Below, in pieces: positions 56,534-64,000 of a DNA stretch of 64,000 nucleotides. Where the stretch lies: positions 960,001 to 1,024,000 of the forward strand of contig CAWFXL010000001.1 in NCBI GenBank assembly GCA_963819815.1. The letters are read 5' to 3'. The notes under the pieces were generated by a model. That model was not told where the DNA came from, did no database searches, and was given only the letters and a program-made list of their open reading frames with translations. Origin of the DNA: an uncultured bacterium. Its GTDB lineage: Bacteria; Babelota; Babeliae; Babelales; Babelaceae. How positions within the stretch are numbered: the first letter of the stretch is position 1; every line of letters starts with the position of its first letter. A program made the position numbers and the translations under genes.

Positions 56534-58061
56534 ATGCATATGAATAAAGTACTACTATCCTTATTGGGAATATTTCTGCTTTCAGCAGAGATCATTAACT
56601 GCATGGATACCGATAGATTCCACCGTCTCATTGGCCAATACAATAAGAGAGAAATTACCAGCCAAAAGCTGATCGACGCCTATGATGAAATAGATTCAAA
56701 GGAAGTTCGACAAGATGCGCTTGCAATGCTAGACGCTCAAGAGACACCGATTGCTGAGCTCAGGGAAACAGCAGCCTATGAAGCTGAACTATTCGCCCAA
56801 ACTTTCGATACGCTCATTGGCATGTATAAAGCAGGAGAGCTTTCACGTGCACAGCTCATCCAAGCCTACGAGCTTTTCGAGACCGATGACGATAAGATCA
56901 TAGGAGAGCAACTATTACAAGTCTCACTATCAAAGTCTATCGATGAGCTCAAACAAGAAGAAGCTCATCAGAGCTCAAGATTTTCACACGGTCGCCAGAG
57001 AGGGTCGATAAGAGCGCACTCTAGGCAAACAGTTGTACCACAAGGAGCGTACCGCGTTGATCTGAATCGACCGGTACCAAATGTTCCTGCTGTAACAATA
57101 GCTAAAAAGCAACCTGGTCGTATGCAGAGACAACTTGGTAGAATCAGGGCACGTAATAAGCGTCAATACTTACCACAACAAAATCCTCCGGCAATGTCCG
57201 ATCAAAAGAAACCTTTACCAAAAGGCTCTTCAAAGCCTGAGGTGTCAAAACAACCTGTGAAAACAAAAGTTCCGAGACCTACCTTGCCCCAACGGACTGC
57301 AAAAGACGCAATCAGCACCAGGCATGAACAGACTGATATAGTCAATATTTTAAACCAAAATCTTGACCAGCATGACGAGCAAGAAAGACTGCGACAGGAG
57401 CTCATAGCTGAGGCTCATGATGGAGTGCAATCTCAAGATTCAGATGATGATATAAGTGACTCTGAAGCAGAAGATGAACAATCAAATCTCCAAGAAAGCC
57501 CTCGAGCTAACCCACTTGGAGGATATGCTTGCACAAGCACAATCAGAACGTAATGCTAAGCAAGTGCAAACTCCCGATGAGCTTAAAAAGAAATCTCAGA
57601 AAAAACAAAAGAATGTGCGCTTTAACCTACCTCCTGTAAACGCAGAGCAAACTCACAAAGAACACATAGAAGCGCTACGCAAGCAGGGGCAAGAATCACA
57701 TCGTCAAACAGCAGCCCCTTTAGAACGAGCGCCTGAAAGTCGCCTCTCAGAAGAGGTCACTGTGCATCTTACCCTGAGCAACCGCACTCCGGTATTTACC
57801 AAAGGTGCACAAGTTCTCAATCCAGTTATGAGCGATCTATTTAATACATCTATTACTGCGATTGATAGAGAAACGGTTAGCCAGTGGGGTCAGCAGCTTG
57901 CCACATTAGCAAGAACTGATGAAGATAGACAACGGGTGCTCAGACCAATTCTCACAGCTCTCAGTCAACCTCAGGCCCCTAAAAATCAGATTCGATTGCT
58001 TATCCAGGCTACCGTCGATGAGTTTGTAGATCGCCGTAAGTACCAAGAGCTTGCAGGATAA
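56534..58061 (+). pseudogene. Secreted coiled-coil/low-complexity protein split by an apparent +1 frameshift (ORFs 56534..57553 and 57456..58061)
   Basis: Removing one A from CAAGAAAGCC (57491-57500) joins ...QSNLQE to ALELTHLEDMLAQAQ... Confidence 0.6.
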
Positions 58062-58086
58062 ACTAAGACAAAACGAGTAGTTAACC

Positions 58087-58125
58087 ATAAGCCCTTACAG
58101 CAAGACTGTAGGGGCTTATTTTTTT
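58087..58125 (+). terminator. Rho-independent terminator
   Basis: ATAAGCCCTTACAG-CAAGA-CTGTAGGGGCTTAT followed by a T run. Confidence 0.9.
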
Positions 58126-58327
58126 GCGAGGACACTCATTTGGAAAAGCTGGGATCCTTACGCAGAGCTTTACTGCGCTCAGGGAAGAATACTCCCGTTT
58201 TCTAAGTTCTTCTCGAATTCTGAGAAGAGCCCCCTATTAGAAAAAGAAAAAACACACAACACTATTTGCAAAAGCATCTCTACAGCGCTCATAGTAAGTT
58301 TCTAAGAGTTATATACAGAACCTTCCG

Positions 58328-58600
58328 GCTCATTTGGCTCATCTTCGACTCATTAACCCAAAGATGAGTCGAGTGAGTTGCATTTTAACTTTTTCAGCTC
58401 ACCCGACTCATGCAACTCACAAATTTGAGTCAAAGAAATTGTATTGAAATTTCTTCAATAATAAAGCTCCAAAGTCTTATGCAAATAAAACAGGACCCTT
58501 CCAACTCATCTTCAACTCATTTGACCTCAAAAATGAGTCGAGTGAGTTTGAATCTAATGTTTTCGACTCACTTGACTCATTTTTGCCACGATGTTAGAAT
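58328..58600 (+). promoter_or_regulatory. Array of (A/G)CTCA / TGAGT boxes ending in a sigma70 promoter
   Basis: 15 boxes counted, mostly within two ~75-bp imperfect direct repeats; TTGACT 58572-58577, N17, TAGAAT 58595-58600. Confidence 0.75.
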
Positions 58601-58623
58601 TATCTCAACCAATATGAGGAGTA

Positions 58624-59985
58624 ATGGAAATGCACTATCCCGAAAAAGAATCTTCAACGGTTGAATTTAAGGAATCGCTACCTCAAAACAATCAGATTGT
58701 AAAAACAGTTATAGGTTTCTGCAATCAAAAAGGTGGTAAGATTATCATTGGGGTCGACGATGATGGCACAATTAAGGGATTATCAAGTAAGGAAATAGAG
58801 TTTGCCCTACAGCACCTTGATCAAAAGATTTTTGAGGCAACATCGCCCACTATTATTCCACGCATTTATACGCAAGCAATAAATGATAAAACGGTTCTCG
58901 TCGTGGAAGTTTCTCCGGGTATGAACAAGCCCTACTTCTTAAAAAAAGAAGGCGTCGAGCAGGGAACCTATATCCGCTTAGGTCGCAGTACCATGCGAGC
59001 ATCACCAGACACCATCAAAGAGCTCCAATGGTCAGCTCAAGGTAAATCATATGATTCAATGCCTGTTTACACCGCCACATTAGAAGACTTAGATTCTGAA
59101 AAGATACGCAAGTTTCTCGATACGAGAAAAGGTGCGAAAGATACACCTGTAACATTTAATGATGCCCTTAAAGCATATAATTTAGCAATAGAAGAGCATT
59201 CAAGCATCTATCCTACAGTAGCTGGTATTTTGCTTTTTGGAAAAGACCCAGAGCGATTTTTTTCTGAGGCTTTTATCATCTGTACTGTATTTAAGGGTAT
59301 AGAAGGACGAGATGTTATTGCCACAAGAGATTGCTGGGGAACCCTATTCGATCAGTTAAAACGAGCAGAAGGCTTTATCCTCAGTCAACTTAATCGCTCT
59401 TATGCTTTTGATGGATTGCAACGCAAGGAGCTATATGAGATTCCTGAAATCGCAATCCGAGAAGCTCTTGTCAATGCAATAGTCCATAGAAATTATCATA
59501 TTAACGGGCCTACTAAAATCGCCATCTATGACAATCGCTTAGAAATTTTTAGTCCAGGTGGGTTTCCTGGAGAACTACATGAACATAACTTGCTCATGGG
59601 ACTTACCTATATTAGAAACAGAGTCATAGCAAAAGTATTTAGGGAATCTGGGTATAGCGAAAAACTAGGCACCGGCTTTAGAATTATTTTTTCAAGCTAC
59701 AAAGAATACAACCTACGACCACCAAGCATTATAGAAGGTGAAAACTTCGTCAAATGTATATTACCTCGACAAAAGCTTGAGTCAATACCTATCCAAACGG
59801 ACACCGTAGCAGGTTTAATACTCAATCTATTTGAAACTGCCCAATCGTTATCAAGCAGCGAGATAACTAACCTGTTAGACTTACCAAGAGCTACCATTGG
59901 TCGCAAACTAACTATGTTGGTCAAAAATGGCACTCTTGAAAAGACAAGATCTGGAAATGCTACACGCTACATCCGAAAATCGTAA
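58624..59985 (+). CDS. Schlafen/AlbA_2 + HATPase_c_4 (RecG-C-like) + wHTH protein
   Basis: ES..VEFKE, F.N.KGG.IIIGV.DDG, REAL.NA..HR.Y, SPGG, RN..IA..F, E..GTG, terminal HTH. Confidence 0.88.
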   Translation: MEMHYPEKESSTVEFKESLPQNNQIVKTVIGFCNQKGGKIIIGVDDDGTIKGLSSKEIEFALQHLDQKIFEATSPTIIPRIYTQAINDKTVLVVEVSPGMNKPYFLKKEGVEQGTYIRLGRSTMRASPDTIKELQWSAQGKSYDSMPVYTATLEDLDSEKIRKFLDTRKGAKDTPVTFNDALKAYNLAIEEHSSIYPTVAGILLFGKDPERFFSEAFIICTVFKGIEGRDVIATRDCWGTLFDQLKRAEGFILSQLNRSYAFDGLQRKELYEIPEIAIREALVNAIVHRNYHINGPTKIAIYDNRLEIFSPGGFPGELHEHNLLMGLTYIRNRVIAKVFRESGYSEKLGTGFRIIFSSYKEYNLRPPSIIEGENFVKCILPRQKLESIPIQTDTVAGLILNLFETAQSLSSSEITNLLDLPRATIGRKLTMLVKNGTLEKTRSGNATRYIRKS

Positions 59986-60062
59986 GCAAACTGCGACTGG
60001 AAAAATAGGTTTCTCAGAAAAGATAGCAAGAAGTAGGCTTTACCATAGTACTCAAACAGTAC

Positions 60063-62615
60063 TTAGGAACCTTTTCCACAGCACTTTTTGTATTTTTTCC
60101 CCGAGCCGCAAGGACAATCTTCATTGCGTCCTATTTTTTGCGAGACTGCTTGGCTCACCCCAATATCTCCTTCAGGATCATCAGGTCCAAGCATACTTAT
60201 TTCATCAAGCTCACGTTGACGTTTACGCTCAAGCTCATGACTATTAAAGTGCTCTACATTAAGATGGAAGATCAGGTTAACTATCTCAGTTTGCACCTGA
60301 CGCATCATGTCTTCAAACATATTAAAAGCTTCACGCTTATATTCAATAAGAGGATTCTTTTGGCCCCAACTACGTAAACTAATACCTTCTTTTAGATGAT
60401 CTAAGTTCAACATGTGTTGCTTCCAAGCCTGATCAATCGTTTCCATCATGATCCATTTATGAGCATCCTTGAACATGTGCTGCTTATCTGCATCCACCGC
60501 CTTGAGCTTATTCATTAGACTCATATGCAGAAAATCAATGAGTGCTATTCTGAGCGCTTCACTGTTGGGAACCTTTTGCAATCCTTCCTTTTCAAACTCA
60601 GCAGGCTTGATAGACGTAAGTTGAGATAATCGACTAATAACCTCGGCGATGCCTTCCTGAGTTACCGATCTTGATGGAATCGTTGTCGATACCACAAGAG
60701 CAACCACACGTGCAGCCATTTCTCGCACGATATCGAAAATGTTTTCTTCACCTTCAAGAATCTCGCGACGCACCTCATATACTACCGTACGTTGCTGATT
60801 AAGAACGTCATCGTATTCAAGTAAGTTTCGGCGAATATCGAAGTTATGCTTTTCAACTTTTTCTTGAGAACGTTCAATAGTTTTTGAGATAAAGGAAGAT
60901 TCGATAGTTTCAGTCTCGGTCATGCCAACTCGTTGCATATTATTCTTAATACTGTCACCCGCAAATATACGAATCAGGTCATCTTCAAGAGATATGTAAA
61001 AACGGGACTCACCAGGATCACCCTGACGACCAGATCGACCACGCAGCTGATTATCAATACGACGGCTTTCATGTCGTTCTGTACCTAATATATAGAGACC
61101 CCCAGCTTGTACCGATTCAGGCGTGAGTTTAATATCAGTACCACGGCCTGCCATATTTGTGGCAATGGTCACATGACCAGGCTCACCCGCATGCACAACA
61201 ATTTCAGCTTCGCGAGCATGATTCTTTGCGTTAAGCACATCATGGGGTATACCATACGTTGCTAATACCTCACTGAGCATCTCTGACGTTTCAATAGCGA
61301 TGGTACCGATAAGAACTGGCTGCCCATTTGCATGCCGATCCTTTACGTCTTCAACAATAGCCTTGTATTTAGCATTTTTGCTTAAGAATATCAGATCAGG
61401 CATATCTTTCCTGACCATAGGTTTGTTCGTTGGAACACTTATCACATCAAGCTTATAAATCTTATGGAATTCTTCTGCCTCGGTTAATGCCGTACCGGTC
61501 ATACCAGCGAGTTTCGTGTACAACCTAAAAAGATTTTGAAGGGTGATAGATGCTAACGTCTGAGATTCGCGTTCAATCTTTACGCCCTCTTTTGCTTCAA
61601 TTGCTTGGTGAAGACCATCGCTATAGCGCCTTCCTGGCAAAATACGTCCGGTAAATTCATCAACTATAAGTACTTCGTCATCTTTTACCACATATTCAAC
61701 ATCGCGCTTAAAAAGAACATGAGCTCTTAAAGCTTGATTCACATGGTGTAGGAGTTTCACATTCGCAAGATCATAGAGGTTATCTACGCTAAAGAAGCGC
61801 TCAATCTTATCGTTACCTACTTCAGTCAACAGAACTGTCTTATTCTTCTCGTCAACTTCGTAATCTTCATCTTTTTTCAAAGTCCCCATTGCACGATCTG
61901 CATCGACATATAGGCGACTACTTTCATCAGATGATCCAGAAATAATTAAGGGAGTTCGTGCTTCATCGATCAAAATCGAGTCAACTTCGTCAACAATCCC
62001 AAAGTTAAGTTCACGCTGCACATAATCTTTCAGACGGAACTTCATATTGTCGCGTAGAAAGTCAAAGCCAAATTCATTATTGGTTGCATAAACTATATCT
62101 GAAGCATAGACTTCTTTTCGCATTTCATCAGAAAGCGAGTTTTGTAGGATGCCAACACTTAATCCCAAATGATTAAATACGGGCATCATCCATTCTGCAT
62201 CACGACGTGCAAGATAGTCGTTGACAGTAACTAGATGGGAACCTTTTCCAGATAGTGCATTTAAATAGAGAGGTAAGGTTGCCGTAAGCGTTTTACCTTC
62301 ACCTGTTTTCATTTCTGCAATCTTACCTTGGTGCAGAACCATGCCACCAATCAACTGTACATCAAAATGGCGCTGCCCTAGTTTTCTGCGAGCAGTTTCA
62401 CGAACTACCGCAAATGCTTCTGGCAATAGCTCATCAAGCGTTTGCCCTTGGGCAAGACGCTCTTTAAAGTGAGGAGTCTTCGCCGCGAGTTCATCATCTG
62501 ATAACTCGAGCATACCCTGCTCTAATGAGTTAATGTAAGTAACTATCGGCTGCATGCGGCTCAGTTGCCGGGCATTATTTGTTCCAAAAAACCTTGCAAG
62601 TATCGATGCTATCAT
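60063..62615 (-). CDS. secA: Preprotein translocase subunit SecA
   Basis: [50 protein letters not shown] motif [13 protein letters not shown]; start set at ATG 62615. Confidence 0.98.
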   Translation of the reverse strand: MIASILARFFGTNNARQLSRMQPIVTYINSLEQGMLELSDDELAAKTPHFKERLAQGQTLDELLPEAFAVVRETARRKLGQRHFDVQLIGGMVLHQGKIAEMKTGEGKTLTATLPLYLNALSGKGSHLVTVNDYLARRDAEWMMPVFNHLGLSVGILQNSLSDEMRKEVYASDIVYATNNEFGFDFLRDNMKFRLKDYVQRELNFGIVDEVDSILIDEARTPLIISGSSDESSRLYVDADRAMGTLKKDEDYEVDEKNKTVLLTEVGNDKIERFFSVDNLYDLANVKLLHHVNQALRAHVLFKRDVEYVVKDDEVLIVDEFTGRILPGRRYSDGLHQAIEAKEGVKIERESQTLASITLQNLFRLYTKLAGMTGTALTEAEEFHKIYKLDVISVPTNKPMVRKDMPDLIFLSKNAKYKAIVEDVKDRHANGQPVLIGTIAIETSEMLSEVLATYGIPHDVLNAKNHAREAEIVVHAGEPGHVTIATNMAGRGTDIKLTPESVQAGGLYILGTERHESRRIDNQLRGRSGRQGDPGESRFYISLEDDLIRIFAGDSIKNNMQRVGMTETETIESSFISKTIERSQEKVEKHNFDIRRNLLEYDDVLNQQRTVVYEVRREILEGEENIFDIVREMAARVVALVVSTTIPSRSVTQEGIAEVISRLSQLTSIKPAEFEKEGLQKVPNSEALRIALIDFLHMSLMNKLKAVDADKQHMFKDAHKWIMMETIDQAWKQHMLNLDHLKEGISLRSWGQKNPLIEYKREAFNMFEDMMRQVQTEIVNLIFHLNVEHFNSHELERKRQRELDEISMLGPDDPEGDIGVSQAVSQKIGRNEDCPCGSGKKYKKCCGKGS

Positions 62616-62728
62616 ATAAATCCTTTTTACTGTGTACAATACACCGTATTATACACGAATTTTTCAATTTCCTAAAGGTTAGGCTACGCTATTTCTTGAG
62701 ATTTTTTCAATACTTTTCAGAATTCTCT

Positions 62729-63466
62729 TCAAATCTTCCGATTGAGCACAGCTACGGTAATTTGCCGATTCATAGATTCCCGGTTTCGCCTATTTGAGCA
62801 AAAGCCATCTACACAGATAGTGCAGGTATTATGGGAAAAGTCACATTGCTCAGGCTTCACCCCACACTCGAGGAGCTGCAGCTTATTGCACAAAGGAATA
62901 TCAAAATACAACTTCCCAGCCCGCTCTTGGAGGACCCTCTCTTGAAAAGAGAAATCCTTAAGATGCCCTCTAAAATCCTCTTGTACTTCATAGCAGCAGG
63001 ACTGAGCAGAGGGCCCAAAAAGAATCTGAATCTGCTCAAGATCAGTACCATATTCCTTTTGCATCCGTTGCAGCATATGTACTACCACTTTATGAACTGT
63101 TCCCATCCATCCAGCATGACACATGCCCATAACATTATGAGCCTTATCATACACTACTATAGGCAGACAGTCAGCAGTATATACCCCTAACCCCGTTTGT
63201 GCCCTCTTTGTTATCAGAAAGTCACCTTCAGGTTTATGGTGCATAAGAGTTGAAAGAGTCTCATCAGAAACAACTTCTCCAAGAGTACTGTGGATTTGCT
63301 TTAAAAAGATCAGGTCCTCAAGTTGCAGCTGCAACTTGATAGCACCTAAGGACTTCTCTTGCCAGAGCTCTTCCTTACGACATGGGGTCATCAAAAAATC
63401 TCTTGGAAGGCTCGATTGAGCATCTCCAAAATAGACGGAAAAAAAAGATGTCTTGTGTATGATCAT
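62729..63466 (-). CDS. pgeF: PgeF/YfiH (purine nucleoside phosphorylase / laccase-like) protein
   Basis: QIHS, TADCLP, HAGW.G, GP....CYEV, CT.C....S.RR. Confidence 0.9.
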   Translation of the reverse strand: MIIHKTSFFSVYFGDAQSSLPRDFLMTPCRKEELWQEKSLGAIKLQLQLEDLIFLKQIHSTLGEVVSDETLSTLMHHKPEGDFLITKRAQTGLGVYTADCLPIVVYDKAHNVMGMCHAGWMGTVHKVVVHMLQRMQKEYGTDLEQIQILFGPSAQSCCYEVQEDFRGHLKDFSFQERVLQERAGKLYFDIPLCNKLQLLECGVKPEQCDFSHNTCTICVDGFCSNRRNRESMNRQITVAVLNRKI

Positions 63467-63610
63467 AGGACCTTCCATGAATTCATTAGCTCTATTTTAA
63501 AACAATCTATGGACAAATCAATGGCCGTGTCTCTTCCACTGAGTTGCCAAAAATCTCTCATCGCGGTACTATGAGTATCAGTATATCCTGAAACCATTAA
63601 GGAGCACACC

Positions 63611-64000
63611 ATGAAAAAGAAATTCATCTTTCTTAGAACTATAGTCCTTATATCATGTATTCTGCTCAATGGAGGAGCAGTCGGCTGTGTTATGTTCACC
63701 GGGGACAAAGCCGAGACCCCAATCCAGCTCCAAAAAATAGTACAAGGCGGAAAGCTTTCCTCTACTCTTCTTGAGATTCTTCAGATAACTAATATTAAGC
63801 ATGATGGAACGCTTGCTTCTATCGTAGAAGCGACCCAAAAAGACTGGCTTCGAAAAGCTGGTACTGAGCGTTGGGAAATGGATAATGCCCGTGAAGAACT
63901 TAAGCCTGCACTTGAGCCACTCTTTAAAAAATTAGGCATTATCGACGAAGTAGCCCCAACGGCAAAACAGTACACCTATGGGCTCATCCTTGGTGCTACT
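63611..64000 (+). CDS. Hypothetical exported protein (3' partial; absent from ORF track)
   Basis: AAGGAG RBS; open to the window end: MKKKFIFLRTIVLISCILLNGGAVGCVMF...TQKDWLRKAGTERWEM...YGLILGAT. Confidence 0.75.
   Translation, partial: MKKKFIFLRTIVLISCILLNGGAVGCVMFTGDKAETPIQLQKIVQGGKLSSTLLEILQITNIKHDGTLASIVEATQKDWLRKAGTERWEMDNAREELKPALEPLFKKLGIIDEVAPTAKQYTYGLILGAT

Noticed and set aside
58328..58580. CRISPR array
   Set aside because: No constant-length repeats with unique spacers, and no cas genes; the pattern is short boxes in both orientations.
189..63975. Numerous 60-130 aa ORFs antisense to or nested within the called genes
   Set aside because: They are shadow frames of well-supported genes with no recognisable motifs.

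Overview
Bacterial genomic window. It most likely comes from an intracellular protist parasite of the Candidatus Dependentiae/Babelota (TM6) type; this is inferred from the many signal-peptide + ankyrin proteins and the gene content, not from a database match. A housekeeping backbone (prmC, mutL, tRNA-Glu/tRNA-Lys, mgtE, RluD-like synthase, tamB, gspE, bamD-like, cdsA, hisS, secA, pgeF) is interspersed with expanded candidate secreted-protein loci. (i) A tandem array of four ankyrin paralogs (1-6180) shows mosaic tracts and gene remnants. (ii) A duplicated P-loop kinase with a signal-peptide-like leader encloses a ParD/ParE-like TA pair. (iii) The most striking region is a ~22 kb run (18.5-40.7 kb) of 13 co-oriented genes sharing an N-terminal signal peptide and a Gly/Ala-rich, aromatic-capped C-terminal membrane anchor; 9 of them end in Ala-Ala. 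Seven are built from an unrecognised ~76-aa tandem repeat with variable loops and shuffled repeat order, and the array is punctuated by seven copies of a conserved sigma70 promoter and seven copies of a conserved terminator hairpin. The gene order suggests the six central genes are chimeras amplified from the two flanking genes. Also notable are a signal peptidase I homolog whose Ser/Lys dyad is replaced (Cys/Ser), two operator-like repeat arrays overlapping the promoters of an ATPase-nuclease gene and a Schlafen/AlbA_2 gene, and a frameshifted secreted protein.
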